Of a DNA stretch of 64,000 nt, positions 37,960 through 49,400 are shown one piece after another. Each line of letters opens with the position of its first letter. Positions within the stretch are counted from its first letter, which is position 1. Location of the stretch: NCBI RefSeq assembly GCF_006345805.1, contig NC_042998.1, positions 111,662,001 through 111,726,000 of the forward strand, given 5' to 3'. The position numbers were made by a program, and so were the translations under genes. The notes below the pieces were generated by a model, which was not told the origin of the DNA, made no database searches, and worked only from the letters and a program-made list of their open reading frames with translations. This DNA is from Octopus sinensis (Eukaryota).

Positions 37960-39600
37960 AGGAACAGTAAGCATTCAGTTCATTTCTCGGTGAGACTGGC
38001 CACTCTGCTCTCCTTTTCACCTTAAGGTCTTGGAATCAGAATCCAAACAACTTAACTGATCCATCATTCCAGCACTCCACAATACTTACCAGAATGATGG
38101 AGCAGTTTCTCAGCATGCCTCTCAGTTTGCTGGGCTGCAAACCCTTCAACATCTGAGGAAAATTTAGCTCTTGTTACCAGCTAACATGCTTTTAAGATGG
38201 TGCTAACCACCTCAGCCACCATGGTGAACAACACTATTAGAGAGAATAATAGGGCCATTTAGTTTGACCATCAAACAGATGCTGCTCAAAGTTCCACTTT
38301 TTGAAGGACTGAAACTGGGAAGAGCTGCTAAGTAACAATGGTCAACCCCACTACAAACTTTTAAATGATCCAAACTAATCAAAACCTCACCAAAGCTAGG
38401 TTTGTTACCCACATTCTATATGACATCATATGAGGTGGAGGGTAGTGTAGATAGATCTGCTTTAGTTTCAACTTCTGCAAGCACCAACTTCATTGCAAGC
38501 CCTTTGGCTAGAATCTTAACCATTTTGTTACCATATTTCTGTTGAGATACTTTGTGTTTCTTCCAATTAATGTTAAATATAACAAAGAATTTAGTAAAAT
38601 AACTTGGTTATCATTAAGCTAATGTTAGCTACATAAATTGTGACAAAGGTTTGGTGGAAGATTTTAATTCACCAAACCTTTGTCACAATTTATGTTCCTA
38701 ACATTAGCTTAATGAAAACAAGACATTTGTACTTCAGAGTCAGAGGCGGTTTCAGGCAGGTTGGTATCAAAAAGGTTAAACTATGCGTTCAGCAGAGATA
38801 TGGGCCAGAAATTATCAAAAGTGTCCTCCTTTTCCACTTACTTCCTTAGTAATGCTACCACAACTCAGCTCACAGAACTGGGAACTCTCTCATTATACTG
38901 CAGATGTTAGTTTGGCATGTAAATGTAAAGTTTGTAGGGTAGAACATCCAAGACAGCTCACACAAACACTTACTGCTGACCATATCTCAGGTTCTGTTAT
39001 CTGCTTTTTGCAGTGCTTCATGTTTTCTGCCAGGAGCTGCAGCAAACTACCAAAGTAGACTCCAAAGTCTATTACTGTCTCTAGTCCGCCAACATCATCA
39101 CTTGCATTGAACAGTTAAGCAAAGTGCCAATGGAAAGCCTCAAACATCTGCCCGGAATTTCATAGAATGCACCCATCCTAATCCATCAAAGGCCAAATGG
39201 TGGCTTTCTTTCCATTTCAAGAGTCCGCCACAAAAGCCTATTGAATGGCTTTGTTCTCTTAAGATTTCTAAGAAACATCTTGGATCTGACAACATAATTT
39301 TCATGCATCTTATTGAAGAAATAATTAAGTGTCAAACTCACCACTGGCCTGTTGGTTGCTATATCTTAGCTAATCAACTCTTTTAATGAGCTCATTAGTT
39401 CCCAACTCTTATCTACTTAATCATGACTTTTTTGCTAAATTCTATCAATTCTCCTATTATCACCCACATCAGAGCACCTTACCACTAGTTGCTCACAATC
39501 ATCCCCATCAACTGTTGCTTAATTAATTCACTAATCCAGCCCCTGTCAGCCTTTTACATTGGGAACAACGCATTGAACTTCCAATAAGGTCCTTTGTTTA
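37960..39600 (+). mobile_element. Heavily decayed CR1-like LINE (APE/linker remnants) split by a MITE
   Basis: Weak, broken similarity by eye to CR1/L2 endonuclease and linker motifs. Confidence 0.3.
38516..38779. mobile_element. TTAA-flanked MITE containing an internal fold-back
   Basis: TTAA-CCATTTTGTTACCA ... TGGTATCAAAAAGG-TTAA. Confidence 0.8.
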
Positions 39601-40639
39601 TTAATAATGATTTCTGATATGAGTAAAAGACCACAGAATTGGTGACAAGGACATAGTCACTTATACTAACTCTCATAGTTGATTGATGCTTATTTTATTG
39701 ACCCTGAATGATGAACTATAAAGTCAATCCTGATGTGGATTCAGAATCAAAAGCGATATAATTAAACAGACCCTAGTTATTTGTCTCATATGTAAGTAAA
39801 TTGATAACAACTAATGGGACCAGTGAATATTTCATGAAATTAATGATAATCTTATTGGGTTATTTCTGAAAACTTTATCCAAAAAACCTGAAAGCGTAGC
39901 CTGTGTTGTGTCTGTATCAAAAGATAGTCATTCATCAGCTAATCACTGCAAAGCAAAGGAAATTGGAATACGATGATTACTTAATGCACTTTATATATAC
40001 ACTTTATATACTTTACGCACAATTTTATAGACTTAGTACACAACACTCTCCCACTTTATCACTCTTCACCTTACCCTCTCTTTCTCTCCCTTTTCTTTCA
40101 CTCTTTGCATTTCCCTAATCACATGAAAGTGTTACAGACAGGCTAAGTAACGGAAGAAAAAAAAACACCTCTACCTCTCCTTCAACTAATGTGGAAGCAT
40201 TATGGACAGGCTAAGTAACAGAGTGACAAGCAGAATTATTATAAGATTGCAAAAGATTGGCAATCTTTGGAGCACAGGACAAAATGCCTAGTTATGGCTG
40301 TTTACATTGTGAGTTCAGTTCCTAAGAACATCAGCTTTGTCTTTCATCCTTCTAAAGATGATAAAATTAAATACTGTCAAGCATTTTATTTGATATGTAT
40401 TCTCATAATACATCCTACATCTGATCAGAATCATAATAAAATATATGGTTTCAATTCTATTTCACTATTATCAGCATTTGCTGTTTCATTAAACGATGTT
40501 ACCCATAATCCCAAAAGAATATTTTCTCCCTCATGTTCTATCCCTGACACCCTAACTCTGGCCCCCTCTATCTCTGTCTCGCTCTGTCTCTCTCTCTGTT
40601 TTGATAACCCCTTGCTTCACCAACACTTCTTCCCTCCTC

Positions 40640-42245
40640 CACCACCCCACCCTATATAAACTAGCTCAGCACTCGGATTCCCCTACTCTATTTTAATAAC
40701 TCCGCCGAAAGAATACAAATCCAGAAGATACTCTTTCTAACTTTGGTGTGTCACGGTACGCCCACCCTCCCACCACCTGTACCAGAAATCGCTATCCTCT
40801 GTCATCCTTTGGTTGTTTCCGATGAACACGTCTAAAGGCTTCTTAACGCCATCCACACCCCTACTTAGGGTTTATCTCCCATGTAAGGTAGTGATCATAT
40901 AGCACATAAAAATGATGGTGTAATGTATGCAGGTTGAAGGCCAAATGCGAGCCTTCTTTTCAGGTACATGACACTGCTGTCCCCCATCCCAGGGTCTCAC
41001 GGCCCCACACCTCCCACACCCTCAGGGTTGGCACACTCAACGTGGACACACTGAAAGGTAGGTCTGGTGAGATTGTTGAGATGCTTGAATGGAGACGTGT
41101 AGATTTGTGCTGCCTCCAAGAAGTAAGGTGGAGAAGAGGTGCCACTGGGTTCCTCACAGGCAAAGAACACAGGTACAAGGTTTTCTGGGCAGGGAACACT
41201 GACAGGATCAGGAGTGTGGGTATACTTCTTGCGGAGAAATGGGTTGCTAAGGTAATCGAGGTAGTCAGAGTATGTGATAGAATACTTACAATTAGATTAG
41301 TGCTACATCATGGGTTAGCAACCATTATCTTGGCCTATGCTCCTCAGCCGGGGCTACCTGATGGACAGAAAGACCGATTTTATGATACCCTCTTGCAGAC
41401 CACCTTATTGACGAATGACAGGGACCTTCTCTTTGTGGCTGGTGACTTCAATGGACATGTTGGACAACATGCAGGGGGCTTCCATAGAATACATAGTTGT
41501 TGGATCAGGTAATGAAGGTCATGGAGAGGGTCATAGCCCAACAAATTTGGTGGAGAGTCAGTCTAGATGAGATGCGGTTTGGGTTCGTGCCAGGTAAAAA
41601 CACCACTGATGCTATATTTCTGGTAAGATAGCTGCAAGAGAAATACCTAGCCAAAGATTAACCTCTGTATCTGGCTTTCATTGACATGGAGAAAGCCTTT
41701 GACAGGGTCCCCCGATCCCTTATCTGGTGGTCAATGAGGAAACTAGGGATAGATGAATGGTTAGTGAGAGCTGTGCAAGCCATGTACAGGGATGCTGTCA
41801 CTAAGGTGAGGGTTGGCAACGAGTACAGTGAAGAATTCTGGGTAGGGGTCTACCAAGGATCAGTCCTCAGCTCCCTCTTATTCATCATTGTCCTCCAGGC
41901 AATAACAGAGGAATTCAAGACAGGATGTACCTGGAAACTCCTCTATGCTGATGAACTTGCTCTAATTGCTGAGTCACTATCAGAACTAGAGGAAAAGTTC
42001 CAGGTGTAATAGCAAGGATTAGAATCGAAGGGCCTTAGAGTTAAAACCAAAGTTTTAATAAGTAGGAAGGCAAACAAACTACAAATCCCTTCAGATGGAT
42101 GGCCCTGCTTGATCTGTAGAAAAGGTGTAGGTAGAAACTCCATAAGATGTACCCAGTGTAAGCTACAGACACATAAGAGGTGCAGCAATATCAAAGTGGG
42201 GGCTAACTGGGAAGATAGTTTTTCTATGTGGCAAGTGCTCAGGTG
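40640..42245 (+). mobile_element. RTE LINE: 5' region and APE domain fused by deletion to RT; 3' end lost
   Basis: LRVGTLNVDTLKGRSGEIVEML...LQEVRW...YAPQPG...GDFNGHVG, then DMEKAFDRVPR...QGSVLS...LYADELAL, then a PHD remnant. Same family as 30284-31931. Confidence 0.92.
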
Positions 42246-42248
42246 CTA

Positions 42249-42720
42249 TTAGGTTGTCAAGAAAGTTCTTGTGGAATTTTTGATTCTGGTTTTAAATGAT
42301 GTATTTTCAAATTAATGTTCATTAAATTACTTTGATTTTATATATCATTTTAAAGCCCATTTTTCACTCTATCTAATCATGTTACTCTTTTTCTTTTTGA
42401 ATAATTAGGCCATTTTTTCCAGAATGTTGAATATAAAATGGACAAAAAGTAAATTCGCACAATTTTCTTATTCCAGTTCAAGCTAGGCCGAAAAGCTGCT
42501 GAAACAGCTCATGATATCAACGATGCGTTTGGTCCAGGAACCACTAATGAACTTACAGCAGCATGGTGGTTCAAGAAATTTCATAGCAGTGATGAGAGTC
42601 TTGTAGATGATAAGCGTAGTGGTCGGCCATCGGATGTTGACAACAATCAACTAAGAGCCTTAGTCGAAGCCAATCCACGCACAACTGTTCGAGAGCTTGC
42701 TTCTGAATTAGACGACCATG
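42249..42720 (+). mobile_element. Mariner 5' fragment (TIR + HTH domain)
   Basis: TA-TTAGGTTGTCAAGAAAG TIR; MDKK*IRTIFLFQFKLGRKAAETA...WWFKKF...RSGRPSDVDNNQLRALVEANPRTTVRELA. Confidence 0.88.
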
Positions 42721-43715
42721 TTCATTATGCTACAAAAAAACGCAACCAACCAAAGCTCTTCAAATCATACATTCTCATCATAAAAAATTAAGAACACATT
42801 AAGCAATGGTAGTTATTCATATATATATGGTCACAGCTGGATTGACTTTCATTGTAGGTTTGCCTGATCCTGAGTGACTGGAAGCTAAACAGCAACAGAA
42901 ACCAATGAGTTGTGATTTCTGCCACTCGTCTCCCACTTATCTCAAAGGCCCTGCTAAAACGACAAGGGCTTGGTCCTTTGGTTATAAAATTATAAAACTA
43001 AGTATCAAAATAGTTCTGAAATAGAATAAATCGTTTTTCTGTTTTGTTTTATTTTGTTTTTTATGGTTACGTGGGAGAAGGAAGGAGGCAAGATTTCCAT
43101 TTGTCCCCGCCCCCACCCCACCCCAAAAAACACCCCTTTTTTATTCAATTTTTTTTCCTACACAAACCTCCATTTTCAGTTACGGAGAATACGAATCTGC
43201 AAAAAAAATTGGCAAAATTCGGCATTTTGAAATTACCCCACCCCACCCCCCCACTAAATTCTTCATTTTTAACTTTTTTCAGAAATTTTTTTTTGTCAAA
43301 ATATGCGGAAAAAAGGGAGATTATGATTCTGAAACAAATTTCCAAAAGTTTTTCTGGTTACAGTTAGGATTGGGGTTTTAGGGTTAGGGCTATGGAAAAA
43401 AGTGAAAGATGAAGGGGCCAAAAATTTTCAAAATTCCGATTTTTTGCAATTTTCCAGAATCTCCGTATCAGAAAACGTGGGGTTTTGGCAAAAGCAATAA
43501 TTTAAAAACAATAATTTCCGAGAAAATGGCGTGGGGAAGGGAGGAAGTCTTTCCAGGAAGGGCAGTGCCTCCGTATCCTTTAAGTACCACCTTGACTGAT
43601 AGAAGGAAAGAAAGTAGTTTTTATTTTCCCTTCAGCAACCATACATAAACTTTATTCATAGTTAAATACATACAAAAAAGTGAGCAAAAGAGACAAAAAA
43701 AAACAAAAAAAAAAT

Positions 43716-44030
43716 TTACCACCTTAGGTTGAAAATTTTGGGGCGCTGGGAAACCTCTCTAATGACTTCAGAGGCACGCCAGCACGCTTGCAGCGTTGCC
43801 GTGGGTGATGGCGAGGCTGATGCGCTGGAACAACCAAGCGCCCTCACGAGCTTAACCAGTGAACTTCTGCTAGGCGAGCTGCCAATCAAGACAGGAATCT
43901 CGCAAGTTAGTGGTCCGACCCCATAGGATGGAAAATGTAGTTGGCCGACAGATCGATGTACTTCAGGATTTTGAAAGTAGTTATCCTCAGAGCAGAGACC
44001 TGGCCGAAATGTTTGCAACAGAGTGTACTC
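43716..44030 (-). mobile_element. CRE-clade non-LTR retrotransposon 3' fragment (RLE C-terminus)
   Basis: Across frameshifts: KILKYIDLSANYIFHP...LARFLS*LAARLAEV...AREGAWLFQRISLAITHGNAASVLACL-stop. This matches the KY..L...YIF.P / FQRISxAIxxGNAASVL signature. Confidence 0.75.
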
Positions 44031-44833
44031 TGCTAAAAGTACTCAGTGGCCAAATGGTAATATCAATCCAACTGACAGATTAAGCCTACAAACTAACAGG
44101 AACGGTCTCTCCAACATACTTTACATATAGCTTTCATCTCACATATTTAACCCAAGCCTATGGTAAAGAGACTTGTCCAAGGTACTAAACTCTGGAATCA
44201 AGCTGGAACTATGTTGCTGCGAAGTGAACTTGTTTACCACATAACAATGCTTATGCTCACCTCACAAGAATGAAAATGCTGATGTTTTGAGCCGGAACTT
44301 GGTCGGTGAAAGAAGAAATGTAATCTGATGTTGTTCAATTAATATATTCAGCTTTGTAAAATATTTTTATAACTGACTGGTTCTTGGTAATCTCTGAATT
44401 AACTGTCCTAAATTCACAAGATTTACTTGTAAACAATACGAGTTTTTATACATTCCTGTTTCAAAACCAGTGATACATAACATCACACACTCCAAACCAA
44501 ATTCATCTTCTATCATAAAGAAGGGACAATTTGCAGAGTTCACTAAAAGCCATTCTAAAGAAAGCAACTTGTATCTGCTAACTTCATTTCAACAAGCGAA
44601 ACATGAAGATTACCCTTATTTTATGTATCTCAGACGGAGAATGAACGGAAAAGTTGAATTTTGTGGAATTTGAAATCAAACCATGAACAATAGAAGGGAG
44701 GTAACTAAATACAAGCTATTTCACTGTTCTGACAAGCCAGTCTTTTTTCGAAGACTGATCAACTAAAAACAGTTGTTTAACTCTCTGTTATTTATAATTC
44801 ATCAGATTTTTATCAAATTCAGGCAATGTTTCG

Positions 44834-45389
44834 TTTGTCGTAGCACACGTTTCCGTCGATTTCCTCCGTCGATTTCCGTAAAAAATATAAACACTGAATC
44901 GGCCATACATACATACATACATACATACATACACACATACATACACACACATACATACACACACACATACATAGATACATACACACACACACATACATGC
45001 AGACATACATATACACATACACCGAGTAAAAAATTACACTGAATCGGCCATACATACATACATACACACACACATACACACACACATACATAGATACATA
45101 CATATACATATACACATACACCGAGTAAAAAATTTCAGTTATCTCTCTTTCACACATTACTCTGTCTCTTCGCACACACTAACAGAAGCACTTCACTTAC
45201 ACAACATACTGTCCGTCTCCCACACCCCATCAAACACACACACGGGGACTTCAAAAAGAAATTCCCTCGTCATAAAATCGCTTCCTCTTAGTCTCTTTCG
45301 CTCTCATTACTTCAAATATTCCCGCAAAGCCATATGTAAAAAAATAAAAGTTTTTTACGGAAATCGACGGAAACGTGTTCTACGACAAA
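44834..45389. mobile_element. MITE-like element with about 38-bp terminal inverted repeats and an internal CA/CATA-rich tandem duplication
   Basis: TTTGTCGTAGCACACGTTTCCGTCGATTTC..CGTAAAAA mirrored by TTTTTACGGAAATCGACGGAAACGTGTTCTACGACAAA. Confidence 0.75.
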
Positions 45390-46325
45390 AAATTCAATCC
45401 ATCCCTCAAAGTCAGAATCTCCTATTTTTCTAAATGAAGTAATACAATGTCTAATGTAGATCGTGGTTTGAGGGAATTTGATTGCTAATTCTGGCATGTC
45501 AAAAGACCGCGTAGAAAGCTCTCTCGTTGCCTTAAGATGCAAGGTCTTGGAATTAAGTTAACTTTGAAGCCATGCAGTTAACGGTTTGAATCCAATGCAC
45601 GACACCTTCGGCAAAATTTACCCAAAAGTCTTCTATTGTAGTTCCGGATTAACCAATACCGTGTGAGAAGGGAAATTGGGCAGAGGTAATTGTGTGGAAG
45701 CCCATCCTTTGAGTGTGTATGTGTGTTGCTGAAGGGTATAAACATCGTCGAGAAACAGGAAAAACAATCGGTGCTTTTGAATGTATCTTCGTTCCACTCA
45801 TGTTGTGAAGACATTTTCCCGTTACTTACGACGTTGGAAACATGTAGCATCACGGTATTCTCAAACTACGATATGATATAGACATAAAGATACTAGGTTC
45901 GATGCTCGACACCAACAACTTTTTTTCGCAAAATGAATAGACTAAGACACTAAAGGTATTAACCGCGCTTCAGTTTTATATATAAATTATTATACGCAAG
46001 CAGCCATAGACTAAAATACCGGTGTGTATAACATTTATATGTACGTATTTTAAATATTGATCAGACGGTTATTTTATCATATCTATATTTTTAAAAGATA
46101 TCAAAATTGTTTTAAAACGGAAGCATGCACTGCAGTTTACTGCAATGAAGTACCCAAGCACCGGTGAGGCGCATTAAAAACACTCTTAATTTTGTAAATA
46201 ATTCTGGTATCTTTTGACTCATGTCGAAAACTACAAGCAATGAGTAGGGCACAAGTTTGCTACGGTACAGTGGTTGAAAAAGGAAATTATGACCATTATA
46301 AATTAAAATTATGTGATACAGTTGG

Positions 46326-46367
<42 letters not shown>

Positions 46368-47574
46368 CCAACTGTACACAGTTAATGTATATATATATAT
46401 ATATACACGTATACATACCAACTGTACACAGTTAATGTATATATACATATACATACCAACTGTACACAGTTAATGTGTGTATATATATACACATTAACTG
46501 TGTGTAGTGTGAGAAATATGTTACTGTTCAACCCCCAAATCAGCAATAACCGAATAAACACATGACTAAAAGCGTTCTAGTCGTGACCATACCATCAATG
46601 TATACATTGTCCCACTGTTTTTAAAAGGAATAAGATATGAGGGAAGATTTCACTGCCATCTCTGACAGACTAGGTTACAACGTATAAGTTATAACTATTT
46701 TTCCAGCCTGCTCTCTCTATATATATATATTCCGTTACAATTATTAACGAACAATAACTTTAAAAATTTTATACTAACACTTAACGGAAGTGATGGTATG
46801 ACACTTAACTTCCACACAACTTTAGAATAAAAGATGTTTTTGACTACTATACTCATTTCCTGAGATGGGTGTAAAAGTTTATAATATATATATATATATA
46901 TATATACATTCAAGTGTGTGTATATGTATATATATGAATGTGTGTGTACACACATACACCTGTATGTGTATATTTTATAGATGTGTAATGATAACTGACA
47001 CATGATTCAGTTAAAACAAAACAAATAACATCATTTCTAAAGGAGAAGAAAAATGTAAAACAAGGGAATTGAGAAAAACAGTTTTAAGATCCTCTTACCT
47101 GCAATTTTAAATTAGGATTAGCAGAAATATTATAATCCAAGAATTTCAGAAACAAACAGAATATTTCCTGGTGTAATATATTATTCGGATTACGGACTGT
47201 CGCAAAATAGCAAGTGCAATACACGTTATGATTAAGTGAGACACACCAGGAAAATGATAGAGTTTATTAATAGAAGTTTCTAAAAAAATTTACTTTTGAC
47301 AGTTTTCGATGGATCAGCATTTATTTATTGTTTCCGTGCTTTCTTACAATATATTTCCTACTTCTGATATTGCACGACAAACACGCATTTCAGATTAAAC
47401 AAATTTTACGGAAGCTCTGAAGTGCAAAAATGTTATTGATTGTAATTTCGATTCTCTCACAACAGGCAACTATAACAATAACATTGTTGAACACAAAGCG
47501 TTCATTTTAAATAAACACATGCACGCACACACACAAACATTTGAGTGTATATGCACTTATATGAGTGCGTATGT

Positions 47575-48570
47575 CCATTATTCATTTTATTTCAAGATTT
47601 CTTACCAACAGAAAAAGAACAGGTTTCTAACCAAGATCCAAGCCTCTTTCATTGGAATTTCAACATCTTTTGTTTGTATATTTTATGCATGTATTCTCAT
47701 GCATATAGTTCGATATCTAGATATGCTTATGTATATTCAAATAATAAACTTCTGTAAAGTTTTACAAATTTTTGCAGTTCCAGTGATGGATTGGATCTGT
47801 AGTTTTCGAGTTAGCCGTCTCCCTTCTGGTTTTGAGAAGCATAATTTCTCAAGATTGATATTTAGGTAGTATGTTACATATCCCAGGGCCCCAATAATTA
47901 CAGGTATAAATCTGAACTTGTAATCAGGATAGGGTAACTGCAGATTTCTCAAGTGTTCAGAAAAGGTATTCTCTTTTTCACTGATCCTCAGCTTTATGCT
48001 AACATCTGCTGTGCAGCTAATTTGCACAACTATGCACAGTTTCTATTCTCTATCCCAAATCATTATATCAGGTCTGTTGAGCTTACATTTTATTGAGATC
48101 TTCACTGGTTCATTCCACCAGTATTCCTTTTTATTATGAGTGGCTATGGCTTCTACCATATTGTGGGTTCTTATTTCTTTGTCCTCAGGATTATCTTTCC
48201 AACGGATTACATTATAGAGTGTCCTAGCTACAACATCATGTTGCATCGGTAGATAATACCGTGATGACATTTTCTGACAACTGCTTATGATGTGCATGGT
48301 ATCTTCAGTGTGAACTCCACAAAATCTGCATCAGTTGTCACATTTTACTGCATTTCCTGCATCCCTGTCCCTTTTGTGCATCAGGTACTTGGTTGATATT
48401 TCCTGGATTGCAAACACATTCCCTTCAAAGTGAGAGGTAGTAATCCAGCTATTCGTCTGTGATAAACTGCTTTGATGATCAATGTTACTATCATCAAGGA
48501 GCTTTCTACTAACTTATCCATGCATAGTCTTCTGCTCATATAGGCTCATCCTTTCTTCTGATGATACGAA
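47575..48570 (-). mobile_element. R4/Dong-like element 3' part (CCHC + RLE + 3' UTR)
   Basis: MHIISSCQKMSSRYYLPMQHDVVA...YWWNEPVKISIKCKLNRPDIMIWD...EISC..D...PVIIGALG; closely similar to 3040-3900. Confidence 0.88.
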
Positions 48571-48719
48571 AAGACAGTCTGATTGTCTGTAGACAAAAGT
48601 AAAGTTGTGTTGCAACTGTTTCTGCCTCAGTTAGCATTGTTAGCACAGCAATTGTCTTACTCTCTCTTTAGCCGACAAGATATACTTGTGTGTGTGTGTG
48701 TGTGTGCGTGCATGTGTGT

Positions 48720-49400
48720 GTCATCATTCAGTTTTATTTCAAGATTTCTTGCTAATAGAGAAAGAGCCAGTTTGTAACCTTGATCCAAGGCTCCTTCATT
48801 AGAATTTCAACAACATCAACAGGGTATTTTTGTCTGTATTTTGTGTGTATATGTGTTGTACTTGGAGTCATTGCATGTGCAGATTTGTAGGTTTTGTTTT
48901 ATGTATGTATTTTCATGTATATAGCTGCATGTCTAGACATGCAAATATATACTTGAATATATGTTATGTATGTCATTGTTCAGTTTTGTTTCAAGATTTC
49001 TTTGCAATAGAGAAAGAACCGGTTTCTAACCTAAATCAAAGGCTCCTTCATCGGAATTTCAAAGTCAACAACAGAGTATTTTTGTTTGTTTGTATGTATG
49101 TATATATATGTATGTATATAAGTATGTATGTATATGTGCAGATTTGTATGTTTTGCTTTATGTCTGTATTCTCATATAATTGCATATCTAGACATGCTCA
49201 TATATATTTAAATGATAAACTTCTGGAAAGCTTTACATATTTTTACAGTTCCAATGATGGATTGGATCTGTAGGCTTCGAATTAGCTTTCTCCTTTCTGG
49301 TTTTGAGAAGCCTAATTTCTCAAGATTGGTATTTAGGCAGTGTTACATATCCCAGGGCCCCAATAATTACAGGTATAAACTTGATGTATGTCCTGGGTAT
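48720..49400 (-). mobile_element. Two further tandem 3' ends of the same R4-like family
   Basis: Repeated block TTCAAGATTTCTT...GGCTCCTTCAT..GAATTTCAA at 48740-48810 and 48990-49060; ORF end at 49250-49390. Confidence 0.8.

Noticed and set aside
42430-42720. Domesticated SETMAR-like gene
   Set aside because: Early stop codon, adjacent TIR, truncated, and no SET domain exons
43716-44018. GC-rich segment ending in a T-run, first considered 7SK, an rRNA fragment or another Pol III RNA
   Set aside because: No match to remembered rRNA/snRNA motifs; a frame-shifted CRE RLE C-terminus explains it
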